From Trichinella spiralis (Eukaryota): a stretch of DNA of 64,000 nt. Below the pieces are notes generated by a model, which made no database searches, had not been told where the DNA came from, and was given only the letters and a program-made list of their open reading frames with translations. The number at the start of each line of letters is the position of its first letter. Position 1 is the first letter of the stretch. This document shows, piece by piece, positions 29,140 through 42,000 of this stretch. The translations under genes were made by a program, and so were the position numbers. The stretch spans positions 1,242,487 through 1,306,486 of the forward strand of contig NW_003526943.1 in NCBI RefSeq assembly GCF_000181795.1. The letters run 5' to 3'.

Positions 29140-29660
29140 CTGAGGTAGAGGTTATTTTGAAGGAAACACTACTGTAGAAACGCAGACAGTAAACGTATAT
29201 GAAGACGGTGAAAAACAGCAGAATTGAAAAACATGTCATGCATCAGCCACGTTTCAATGAAAACCGCAAATTAGCTTTGCGGACGAACGCGTCAGCTGCA
29301 CTTTCACCAGATCGAAATGCAAACAGCGCCGTCTCTTTTGCCAATACTCGCTTGAAAATTATTGGTCAACTATATTGCATCATTAAAATACCAGCAAATG
29401 TCTCTAGTAGAAAACTTTTGTCGCAGGCTTTTTCTTCTTCTGGCAATGCTTTTTTGCTTTCTTCTTTTTCTCCCTCCACGTCAGTTTTCTCTCTCTTTTT
29501 CTCTGCTGCATGCTTGCTTCTCCCCCTCCCCCCTACCCCTCCACCTAAAATTTCTCTCTCTTGTTCAGCAGGATTCCTCGTTTTTGCTTTTGAAAAGAAT
29601 CTAGTTTTCAATACGGTCTAGTTGTGCAGACAAAGCAAAAACAAGCAAAGAAAATTCCAC
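29140..29660 (-). ncRNA. Putative non-coding exon of a long minus-strand transcript (candidate mir-34 host)
   Basis: Acceptor ttttgttcAG|G at 29661/29660 and donor CAG|GTAAG at 29140/29139. The interval is GC-richer than the flanks, has no credible protein ORF, and lies upstream of mir-34 on the same strand. Confidence 0.4.
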
Positions 29661-32218
29661 CTGAACAAAATATATATTATTTTATGTTTTATGAAGCAAA
29701 TGATCTCCCCTCCCCCTCCCCCTACCCCTCTTATTTTCCAATTTCATCACAAAGGTGCATAAATAAAAATATACAAATTGAATGAAGCCATTGTTGAAAT
29801 TAATTATTTTATACTAAATGCAAAATTTTGCATAATTTTCAAATTAAACTATACTTGAAATATTTTATTTTTGAAATATGCTTTGCAATATAAAATATGC
29901 TGCAAAATGAAGTTTGCAAATTATACTTTTTTTGCAAAAAAGTAATATTGCAAAAATTGCGCAACAAATTATAACAAGATGAAATATTGAAGCAGAAATA
30001 AGTGAAAAATGCAAAACTGCCATGCGCCATTGATTGCAGGAACATCATGTTGACCTTCGTGAAGAAAAATTGTTTAACACCTGCGCACAAATAGTAAAAT
30101 ATGTCAGAAATGACCTATTCTTAGACGCAAACTACCATGTGACAAAATTGTTTACCATTTTTCTGTGAAACACTGTAGGCGTATTATTTCTTTCATCTCA
30201 AATGGCTGTCTTAAAAACAAAGTGTTCGTGAAAATTATTAGTAAAAATAATGATAATAGTATGCAAATGTATTTTTGTAATTTGAACAGATATATATATG
30301 TATGCATGTAGATAAGTGTACAAGTGGAGGGGAGGAAGGGGTTTGTAACTGGAAAATTCTTACGCAAACTTAAGTTTTATGCAAATTGCACAAATTTTGC
30401 AAAACATTTTTTTTATAAAATACAAAATGTCATGCAAAAATAAAACTATTTGCAAGCAGCAGCGTTTGGCGTAAAACATTTAAATACTAGGAAAAATAAT
30501 TGAAATACAACTACATTCACATAAAAGCATTGTGATAAAAGAAAAAAATAACTGCATTTTATTTCAGATGTTTATTAGAAAACGGAACATATTAAAAAAA
30601 ATTATTTTTAATTGAATGATATAATGAAATAAATCTTAAAATTTTAATTGTAATAAAACATTACATTTAGTAAAATGCACCATTACAACAACAGTCGCAC
30701 AATTCAGCAAGGCTGTCAGCTGATGCCACGTTGAATAAACCGCAAAGATTTTTGTCATTTAATAAGTATGCTTTAAAATTATTTGTCAAATTCCATTTAT
30801 GATTCACTGTTTAAACAGTTTCTGATGCGCTTGTCAAAATGCACAAATTTCTGTTAAGCAAACATTTTTTCCTGCTTTAGCAAAACAACATCCCGTATAA
30901 ATTCTTCTCTCATTCTCTCTCTCTCCATGAGACAGGAAATCAGCTGATAGGTACTAATTTTCAAACAAGGTTCTCAAATGTCAGCCTTTTTGAAATTATC
31001 CTATATTTTATACAAATTGACCGTAGTACAATGGTTTCTTTTCAATTGCAATTGCAATTGCTTTTATTATAGATATTTTTTTACAGAAATGAAAAAGCAG
31101 AAAAGCTGGAATTTGCGTAGAAAGGGAAAAAAGAAAAGCAAAATAATTAACATCATTTTGACGAGTGATTTCGATTTGTCCGTGTGAAAAGTTTTTGAAA
31201 AATATAAAAAGCAAATAAATTATTATTATTATTATTATTACTATTATTACGCAAAAAGATTTCTTCCGCTTGAAGGACAGAGACGCACAGTCCAAGGACA
31301 AAATTTCAAACTAGCCGTAAATTTTCTACCAACCATCCTGTTGACCGCGGGACAGACAAAGAATGCCTGTTGTTTAATAGGCGCATCAGCTGAACTATAT
31401 TTTCTCCAACGTGTGTGTGTGCGTATGTGTGGACCCCCAAATAAAACAGGAACAGCAATGTTTTCTCGATTCAGTCTAAATAGCTGCAAATGGTCGTCTC
31501 TGTTTAAACTCAAATTATGCTCAACAGGATGCATCTTGTCCTCTTCGTTTTCAATGTACAACAACAACCAAAAAAATATGCATATTACATCTTCTACATG
31601 TTAGAAATTGCTTTATTTCTTTTGTAAAATTTAATCAAAATGTGAATAATCCATCTTGCGTTATATAATATTACTAACATTTTATTTTTGCTGTTTCAGC
31701 TGTTCACATATCTATCAAGCCAAATGAGGAGAAGAATGGTGTCTGCTATTATAATAAATCAACACCAATACCAACAAAAAACTAAAATTTTCCACATGTG
31801 CAATTATTAATAAATAGAAAAGCATTGCAATTTTCATTCAATAACTTATGAATGTTACTTTTTGCAAAATAAAATGCCTCCTAGATGTATTTTCAAGAAA
31901 ATAACAAAAATTTGCTCATTATGTTACCTTCCGCCGGATACTGCGTCTGTTCAACGACTCTGTCATCAAACCATGTGCAAGTGCAAAAAAAGCAATATGA
32001 GCGGAGAGAAAGAGGCGGAGGGGTTGGGAGAAAAAAGAGCATAGCATAAATAGCACGCAATTTGAAAGCTGCAAAGCCGTGTGCTTTTGCAACAAGCAAA
32101 ATATAAGCGGTGCACGTTTGCGCCATCACACACTCGCAGAAATTGAGTGGGCGTCATTTTGTTTTGTTTTTTTTCTTCTGTTTCTACTCAGTCTTGTGAC
32201 TTTGTGAAAATCGATGCT

Positions 32219-32255
32219 TAGCTAGCTAGCTAGCTAGCCAGCCAGCTAGCTGGCT
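32219..32255. repeat. (TAGC)n tract ending in the perfect 16-bp palindrome AGCCAGCTAGCTGGCT
   Basis: Read directly; followed by CT/CA dinucleotide tracts in a promoter-like GC-richer patch. Confidence 0.8.
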
Positions 32256-35200
32256 GCAAAGCTGTTCGGTTGGCAAAAAGCTGCTTGCCTCTCTCTCACT
32301 CACACACACACTCTCTGTCTCTCTGGCAGGGGCTGTCTCTAATTGTGCGCGCCGTTTGTTGCATGGAGCGTAATTAAAAATCTTTGTAGTATGCAAGCAA
32401 TTAGCTAAACTCTCCCTAAGCAGAAGATTAAAAAAAAACTTTTTTTTTAATTTACCTCATCCAGTATGTTTCTTTTTTTGGTTCCCTACCAATGCAAATT
32501 TTATCATCAGTTAGTTCATCTCGTGCAATTCAGTTCAATTGATAGGAAAATTTTTTGTTTGATGAGCAAGAGGGTAGAAAAAGTCATTTTAGATACAAAT
32601 CAGAATAATAGTGCTGAACATAAAAATTGATTAAAAAAATAAAAAGAAGAAGTAAATAAGCAATAAAAATGCAAAAATATCATAAGAAAGATTATAATGA
32701 TTATTGTTTTTTTTTGGAATATTTGCCCCCTGAATACTCAAATTACAATTGATAATTATTGAACGATCCTGCTTGTGCTAAAAATTAATATTTTGATCGT
32801 TGTGCAGTTGGGCTAAAAATTGACGCTTGCAAAAGTTTTCTGAAAAAAGAAAAATCAATTTTGCACAGACAAACAGACTTGGCAGTTCTAGAAGTGGTGT
32901 AGAAGAAGGTCGTCGACGTGATGAAGATGGACGTGCAAAAATTATTGAATATCTCTTATTTTAAAAAATGCAATGCAAAAATTGTGGTCGAATTCCATCG
33001 TTGGGCAGAAGCCATTCACTGTCCACGGCAAGACTTGGTTCCAGCTGCAAATGGGCGGACACGTTGCATGGAAGTTCTGCCGTTGCGACGCTTCTGAAAC
33101 GACGCGTTCAGTGCAAACGCATCGATCGTTTGCTTCTTCAACAATGTGCAGCAGCAAGCTGAATGGCTGTCTAGAATAGCAGACTATCATTTCAGCATTT
33201 TCCACCTACAACTGTGCACGTGACTAATCATCACATGACTTGGCAGCCATACAAAAACACGTTCTTTTTGGTATGGCTAAAAATAAAGCTATCTATTTTA
33301 TGTTCCACAATAGCGGACAATATTGCAAATTTTAAAATTTTAAAACAACAACAACAGATTATGCAAATCATTTTCACATAATTTTGAAATTATTAAAACA
33401 AAACAAAATTCAACATTAGCAGTACAACTTATGCTTGCATAACTTTGTAATTTTTATTCCAGTTCTTGCATTTTTCTTACCATTACCCTAAATTTTGTGC
33501 ATTTTTTATGAATTCATTTTGCATTTACCAGTATTATACAAAATCACTTGTAAACGATTAAATTTTGCGTATTCAAAAAGCAAAATTTGAAAACACTGCA
33601 CTCGAAATTCCTTCTACATCTGTGATTCATTTTATCACCCTGTGAAAATAATTAGTGCTTGAAATGCTCGTAAAGACACAGACTGACAAACAGATCGATT
33701 AATAAACGTTTACAGTAAACATTAAAATGTCATTAAAGTAAATTATTTTTTGCAAAATAAAAAACAAATTTTATTATTGTAAGTGCTGTAACAAATGCAA
33801 AAGATTTTGTGTAATTGGACTTGTAAAATGTGCAATGCAGTGGATGATTGCGATGCAACTTGTTGTACAATGCACATTGATGTTTTAAAGCTTGAAAACA
33901 ATTTTCACTTTTGCACTTGCAAAAATGCAAAGTAACGTGTCTCCCGCCTCTTTTACCACTACCACAAGAAGAGAAAACCTAAGAATGTATCAAACAGCTG
34001 ACAACGGCTGTCAATAGTAAAATACTAAATAATGAAACATTTTAGAAAAGCTGACTGCTTTGTCAAAATTATTGCTAGACGTTGTGTAATTTGAAGAAAA
34101 TTATTTTGTTAAAAAACTACATTTTGCAATTCATTCATTCAGAATTCACTTTTATTATGGTTGTTACAAAAGTTGCATTTGCATGTAAATCATCTATTTT
34201 ACATAATCTTCTAAATATATGTGATGTATACTCATAGATTTTATTGAAACGAACTTGTTCAGTGATATTTTATTGAACATTTCAAGAGATTATCAAAAAT
34301 TACATGCTCGAAAAAAATGATTACAATTTTAATAACTGCGCATAAATAATTAATGCAAAATAATGCTAACTTTAACACTGTTTATCAATAAGGTGAAATT
34401 TACAGTAACTATTCTCTTTTAGAGAACCTTTGCATTAGTTTTTTTATCACTGCAGTTACAGAACTTGCAATTGCAATTTGAAAACAATAAATCATATGTA
34501 AATAAAATATTTTGCAAAATAATACTCATATAAAGCTTTAATAATACAAAAAATATGGAAAATTTTTCAAAAACATCAATTTGTACAATAATAATAGAAT
34601 ACAATTAATGGATTATACTACAAAGGATACTATTTTATATTCAACTTTTCATGTTTAATTGGTAATAACACATGTGGGAAGATATTTTTTTTTGATAAAT
34701 TCATAAAGCAGGAAAATAAAAAGGAGTAATTTGCAAGTAAAAAAACAATCAATAAAAACGTGACAATGCAAAATGTGAGTAGGTAAAAAACCTTTTTATT
34801 TATTTCAGTGTTAGCTTGAAAGATTCATAAAAGTTTGTTTATATTAACTTTTATAGCTATCCCATTTTATAAATTTGCAGCTTTGCTATTGTTGATTTTT
34901 TTTACATCATCTGCATTGCATCTTGTTGTCTGTTGTAATGATTTATTACGATGCTCCAAACTAGCATTCTTTGCGGGAATTGACTTTTATAAAAATTCCA
35001 AAAAAGATCGTTGCTTTTATTGCGTTGCCGAACAGCAAACATCATTTTCCAATTGAAAGGTAAATAATACTATATTTTTAGCAAGCAATTGTCATAAGCC
35101 AATATCTTGAAGCAGATAATAAGCATTTAAAAATCGCTGAAAGTCACTGAAAGTCATAAAATTTTGTTTTTGCTTCATAATTTATTGAACAGTTTTTAAA

Positions 35201-37598
35201 TTATATTTTTCACATGTGTTTTTTAACATAAAATTCTGAAAAATATTGCAATCAGAAATAGTAATTTCATCAAAACAGCTGCAAAAGTGTTTTACAACAT
35301 ACAACAGCAAGTGCAATTATTTTTACTTTAACTGCAAATGTCCACAACAGCTGCTATCATTGAGCTGTGAAATTTATACTTTTTGTAATTTATTCTTTTT
35401 TTATTGAGGAAGTTACAAAATGTGCAAATTGAACAACTGCTACGACAAACAAAAAATGCAATTTCAAATGCTAATAAATTTTTCAATTTTCATATCATCT
35501 TCAAAAATCAGTTTCTTTCAAGCATAATTATTTTTAAGAATCTACTTCAAAAACTGGTATTGTTAAATTCTCAAATGTGATTGCTTTACGTTATGCATTA
35601 TTAATTTTTCCATCATCATTATATTTAATAGTTCAACCTTGTTTAACCAAATTATTAATAGAAACAAAATAATAAATATTTATGTGCAAAAGTATTTAAA
35701 AAAAATTAACACTTATTTTTAAAATCATCAATAAAACGTATAATCAAAATTGTTTTTCACTTTAAAAATTCTAATTTTTTAAAACATTTTTTATTGTTTA
35801 ATTAGTAAAAATTTTATATTGAAATTAAACATTATATCTTGTAAATTTTTATTCATCAATTTAGTAAAAATCTTAATAATAAATTTTTCATGCAGAATAT
35901 TTAAAATATAATAAAAGTATTTTTAAATTAAAACACAGGAAATTTTTGTTACTTTTGGTGGAAAATTAAAAATATAATTTTTTAAGAAATGATCGATAAA
36001 TTGAAGTAAACTGTTTGTTTGATACATTAATACTTTCATTTTCAAACATCACAAAAGGAATATTTTATAGGTACACAAGAAAATAGGATGGGCCATTTCA
36101 AAGGAGCATAAGTTATAACAGAAGAACCAATTTCTTGAGATCATCAATTTTACACATTAATACAAAACTTTTTTATCAGAATGTTATTTTAGTTGTTTTT
36201 ATTCCACTTATATCTAGTGAATTATTCTATTTTGGAGAAAGTTATTTGAATAGCTTATTTATACAAATCACATCATGCCAGCATGAAGATGTGAATACAA
36301 TTTATGATCGTTTTGCGGATAATGTCAATTGAAAGCTGAACAGATAAACAGAAGAAATAATATTCATTGTACGCAACTGGAAAAATGAAAAAACAACATA
36401 TTATCTTATGTTTAAAAGTTTTAAGCACAAGAACATTGAATGGAAAAATAAAAAAATGGGACTGGAGATACAAATGCAAAATCATCGACATTTTCTCATT
36501 CATGAAAAAGTTTATTTTTTTCTGAAATTTCTTTTTAAAAAAAACGACCATTATTTTGTTACATTATGTATAGTACGATAATAATTGTGGACTTTACTGA
36601 ACAGTTAGAGCTGGAATGATGCCTGAGTTTTGAAATGAATCTGCTGAATGTAATAATGTTCTTTTGGTAAAATTCATTTCATTAATATCTACGCGTTTGG
36701 AAAACAATTTTCAAGCAAGATACTGTCCAAAAAAATTATATAAGAATAATAAAATTTTATGACATTTGCGTCACTGTCATTAAGCTGATCCAAAAAATTA
36801 GGTAACAGTTGAACAGTGAAATAAAACGTTCTGGTTTAGCTAGTTTTTTCAGCTTTAAACGTTTGTTTTTTTGAATTGAAAAAAAACTGTACAAAATTCG
36901 AAATATTATGAAAAATTTTAAATATAAAATGATGAAAAATAAATTCATATGTTACATAAATATTTATAAACAACTTTTTCAATTCATCCTACAAAGTTGT
37001 AAAATTAAGTAAAACGGCAACGGATGTCGGATTTTTCTGTGCGATAAATGAAAAAAGTAATTAATTGCATTAACAATATTACTATTATCTGCACATTGGA
37101 TATTATCTTCTTCCTTTAATAATTTATTTTATAAGAAACAATTTTGTCAACATTAATACTTGATTTTCCAAATGAGACTGTCATTCTGTTCGTTTGTCAT
37201 CAACAAGCGTAATTTAATAAATAAATAAAATGTTACATATTTATTTTTCATTTCGAAGTTACCAAAAACATAAATTTCTGTTTCAATAGCCACCGATTGA
37301 ATAGGAAATTTAATTCAGTAAGTTTTAGCTTTTTGCAATGCACAATGGAAAATTTATTTAAGAATCACCTGAGAAAAGCGTTCATATTATTCTTCTATAT
37401 CTCATCGGTAAATGATTTTAAAATTTCAGTAATCATTGTATAAATTTAATTTATTTATTATTTAAATTTTTTGTAATTTTATTGCAGTGGCAAACGGCTT
37501 TTCATATTTATGCTTTTTAATGAACTGAAAATGAAATTTGCAGAACAGTGATTAATTTTTAACTTCGAAATGAATGTACTTTTTATGTTTCAGATATT

Positions 37599-39123
37599 AT
37601 GCCACTTCCTCCAGTTCTGCTTGCCCGTTTGAAAAAGCGTGGTATAATCAAGAGTGGTGAGTATCCATTGAATTTGTAAATGCAAATACATAAAATTTAA
37701 AGAATTTGATAGTGAGCGTTTTTAATTGAATTGTTAAATAAATATGTTTTCAATTGTCAAGTTTTTGTTTTAAAGTATAAAATTTGATTTTTTTGATAAA
37801 ATTAGAAAAAGCAGCAGAAGAAGAAGAAGTTATTGCCGAAAGTTATGATGATCCAGTCAGCGTGGGAGAAGAGCCACGTAGGAGTTATGTCGGTGCTCCA
37901 GGATGTCCGAACAAATGGAATCCGTATCATTTGTGCACTGAATTTTGTTTTTCACACTGGGGCGATGGCATTCCTGAAAGCAGGGTCGATCCGGAATATT
38001 TGGAAATTCGGCGTAAAATGTTGAGTGAATTTCCACTGCCTCAAAATTGGGAAGAAGATTACGATCCAGGCACTGGTCGTTATTATTATTGGAATACGGT
38101 CACTGAAGAAGTTTGTTGGTTTTCTCCACTGCATCCTGCAGCTCAGATTTCTCAACCAGCTTGCGTTTTGGCTAGAGGTTTTATCATTATTAACCATGTT
38201 GGGAATTTTTCTTTATTTTTTAATTTGTTTAGTTTACTTTGCAAAATTATCAGCTGAAAAGCAAATAAAAGAAAAAGAAATGCAGTCACATCATGAAACT
38301 AATGAAGCGGTTGTAAGTTGTATTATAACATAGAAAATTGTGATATTTCATGTGAATTCATTCACTTTATTGATTTGTGTTTCATTTTACGCATGATGCG
38401 AGAAGCATTTAGTGTTGTTATTTTATTTCAGGAAAGTGATGATGCACGAAAAAGCAAAAGTAAGATTTTATTTACTTTGGAATACATTCATGATGTTGTT
38501 TTATTAATTAAAGGAAAAAAATTATCGACATCTGATCTCGATCCAATGGATCCTGCATCTTACTCTGAAGTTCCACGGTATGTTATAAGTGAACGAAAGA
38601 TGATTTTATTTTTTTACAAATAAATAACATTCATTTAGTAGTTTATTTTTTTACGTTGGAATCTAGTTTATGTAACTTTTGTTGATGTGCCCGAATGATG
38701 GTTTGTAAATTACATGTGCTCTGATTTTTTTTAGCTCCTTAGGCATTTTATCATCCAATTGTTAGGTGTTAAATTTTGGAGGTTTTTCTTTTTGATTTTA
38801 CTTTTTACAAACTGATTATTAAGCATTTATTTGTTTGTATTAATGTTAGAAATTATTGGTTATATAAAATATGTAAATAAATTTGTAAAATACAGTATAT
38901 CGTCGATTCATTTATTATTTCCACGCTGATGAAGGATGTTTTAATTATATTTTATTCCAGTGGTAAATGGTCATCTGGTCTTGATGTCGGTGGTGTTGCG
39001 AAAACAGGCGTCGATCCAACGGCCAGCGGTCCGTTATTCCAACAACGTCCTTATCCTGCTCCAGGCGCCATTCTACGTCAGAATGAAGGGATGCATCAGA
39101 AACGTCAAAAAGAGAAATTTTAA
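37599..39123 (+). CDS. PQBP1: Polyglutamine-binding protein 1, WW-domain splicing factor, multi-exon
   Basis: [17 protein letters not shown] start; WW domain [31 protein letters not shown]; conserved C-terminus [22 protein letters not shown]...[26 protein letters not shown]. Confidence 0.95.
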
Positions 39124-39417
39124 ATACATCGTAAAAACCAACAACAACCACTGCTACTACTGTCTGCGAATTTTGCCCAATTTGTTTGAAATTTGACCCC
39201 ATGAAAAGTGCGAAATTGTTTTAATTGCTTGTAATAAAAGCTTTTTGTTTGCATGATTTTAATTTGTCATTTGATAATTTAAAATGAACAGGTTTGTCAA
39301 TTTATATTGGATAATTAGTTTGAAAAGTCGGTTACGGAACACTCCAGTTCATTTCATCTTTGTTCGAAATATTGTCTTAAGATAGTAATTATTTTTTTCT
39401 TCAAAAATTCCCACAAA

Positions 39418-41170
39418 ATGCAGTTTAAACATGGGTGAGTCCATTCAATCCATCCTGTATCAGCACCTTTTATTACTGTTAATTTTTTGAAGATTAAAAA
39501 AAATTGTGGATATTATTTCAAAAAATTGTTGTTTACTTGTCTTTTTCTTTTCATTGCTTTAGATACTTCATTTTTCTTATTAATGTTTTTTGTTACTGTG
39601 AAACAAATCTTGGATGCCAGAATTCGTCTTTTCGTTTGTCGAGAAGAAATAACCGAGGTTTGAAGTATGTGAGAAAAGCTGAAACTTTAGAAAGTGTAAG
39701 AAATTTTTATTAATCGGAAATGTTTTAAATAAAAATTGATTTTTAAATGTCAACTGTGATTACTTGTTGTCTACATTAAAAAAATTATTTTGGTGAATGG
39801 AAAGAAATTTTTGAAGGTCTAGCTCCCATCTACCATTGTACATGCTTTGATTATGCATGATTTGTCCATTAACAGTTGAATAGGAATGTGTAATGCGTGT
39901 GTATATATAAATATTTATTTGTTTATTTTTAAAAAGAAGCTTCTAAGATACTTTTCTAATGTTTCATATAACTCAAGTGTCCTTGTGCCAAAGATATGCA
40001 TGGCTTGAAATGCAGGCAATATGACAGTCGTTATTTGGCTGCTAACATTGAAGAGGCGATGTTGGAATTTCCTGATCTGACCATGCTCGACATTCAATCA
40101 AGTTGGGAATCTGAAGAGAGAAATGAAGCTGAAGAATCAGTAAAGTTTTGCATTTGTTTTATTTTATACATTATATTACAATTCAACGTTATTTGTATCT
40201 TCAATAATGTACAATAATATTATACTGGTAGGATTGGTTTTTTTTGTTTAATAATTGAAATTATTACAAATTTATCATTTTTATGTAAATGATCAATTTT
40301 AGAATGAACGTCCCAGGGGTAGACTGATTAATTTGAAGAGAAAAGGGCTGTGTCAAACTGAAGAGTGCATGTATTGTTCTCAGCTGCTTGCAAGTCGCCT
40401 CAGGGAAGTTGGAATGTTGGATAATTCACAGTTGCATTCAATATTGCAAGAATTTGGTCAGACAGATTTTGACAATATTTCCGCTTCGAACAAAGTCAAT
40501 ATCAAACTTTGTAGACGTTTCCGATTTTCACAAATTACCGAACGTGTTAAGAGTTTACAAGAAAAAATGAAATATTGGACTTCGGTCGTTTATAATTACA
40601 CGCATGCGCTTTTTGAGGATTTCAACAGATTTGATAAAAGGCGTGGTGTTCGCCGTGGACGAAGTACAACAAACAAAGATGAATTAGGTGTGGACCAGAT
40701 TTGGCGTTTGAATACTTTTTTTTGTGAAATTTACATTTTGATTACTATCTACTGCAGGTTTTTAATTCACTTGTTTTAGGTGTGAAGTACAAAATTGAAT
40801 GCTTGAAACGTGGAGAAGTGATGGAAGGTACTGAATGGCTTGGATTGTGCAATATTTGCTGGGTGTGGAGAAAACTGCCAAGTGAATATTTTCCTCGTTT
40901 TGTTAACGAAGTAATCTGCGACACTGACACGAAATGCTTGTCAGGTAAATTAATCCATCTATAGTAATTTGTATTAAAATTTTCAAATTTCATTTCTCGC
41001 ATTTGGCAGGCTGGGGCACGTGCAAGCAGCGCAGAAGAAGTTTGGAAATTTTGAAAAATATTGGCACTGAAGAGAAACCTCAGTGGAAGCCTCTTAAATT
41101 CAATGCTGCTACTTTTTGTGACTGTTTTGTTCGTAAAGGAACAATGCTGCATCAGTTAGTCATTTCATGA
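39418..41170 (+). CDS. Putative secreted cystine-knot cytokine/growth-factor precursor, paralog 1 (6 coding exons)
   Basis: Spliced model: MQFKHG|YFIFLINVFCYC...ETLES|CPCAKDMHGLKCRQYDSRYLA...|...CQTEECMYCSQLLASRL...KRRGVRRGRS...|VKYKIECLKRGE...GLCNICWVWRKLPSEYFPRFVNEVICDTDTKCLS|GWGTCKQRRRSLEILKN...QWKPLKFNAATFCDCFVRKGTMLHQLVIS*. All junctions are GT-AG and phase-compatible. Confidence 0.8.
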
Positions 41171-41914
41171 AACGTACATTATTAATTATTTCTATTTTGT
41201 ACAAAATACGCAGATTATTTGAATAATATTTGATAATAATAATAAGAAGAACAAGAATCAGTAGATGATGTTCCCTTTTTTTTGAATGCGGAAGATTTTT
41301 TTTTTGTTTCATTCTATTATACTGGTTTATTTATAATGCACAAAAGACACATTTTTTTATCGCTTTCAGTGCTTCAGAAATTAAAATGAATTCAAAAGTT
41401 ATTTGATTTTCGCAGAGTTCTTTTACTATTGTTAATTTACGTATCTGAAAGTATTGTTCAATTCTAAAATAATAGTAAAGCAATAATGATTTTCCCACTT
41501 GTACAGTATTACTTGTTGACATTTCTACAAATACAACTTGACAGTTCTTAAAGATTACTGTATTGAAAATTGAAATATCATTAATAAATGTAATAATATA
41601 ACATATAAATTACAAATGATGCAGTAACCGGTGACAGTTTTCATTTGTGCAGTAAAATTACAACAGTTAATGTAACAAATTTTTCACTGTTTACTTTTTT
41701 GCCTGCGTGTGTTTTTCTAAAATGTTAAAATAAAAACTGCCAACAAACAGTAAATTATCAACCTGGGTTCGATGACCATGCAAAGAAGTGACAATGTTGG
41801 AATTTTCTTACGTATTTACTAAACCCAATAAAAATATTCAAATTCCTTATTTATCCCAGACATTATAGAGCATTCCGCAGTGCGCATTTTGCGCACTCCC
41901 CAAAAGGGAATTCA

Positions 41915-42000
41915 TGCAATGATGATTTGTTTCCTTATCATTCGCGGTTTCCACCTGAATGCGCTCATGTGGGTGAAAATCTTCCTTGGATGTCTGAGCA
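41915..42000 (+). ncRNA. U14: U14 (SNORD14) box C/D snoRNA
   Basis: Box C ATGATGA (41919-41925), domain A CATTCGCGGTTTCCACC, and domain B CTTCCTTGGATGT directly before box D CTGA (41994-41997). Terminal stem TGC/GCA is extended by AAGGGAATTCAT/ATGATTCCCTT. Confidence 0.88.

Noticed and set aside
29138..29180. let-7-family miRNA gene on the + strand (TGAGGTAGAGGTT...)
   Set aside because: Only a short, mismatched ~13-bp stem is possible and there is no proper 3' arm. The sequence also coincides with a minus-strand splice donor.
19000..37000. Many 60-160 aa ORFs from the ORF track within the desert
   Set aside because: Low-complexity F/I/L/K/N-rich translations typical of AT-rich non-coding DNA, with no motifs or consistent exon chains.
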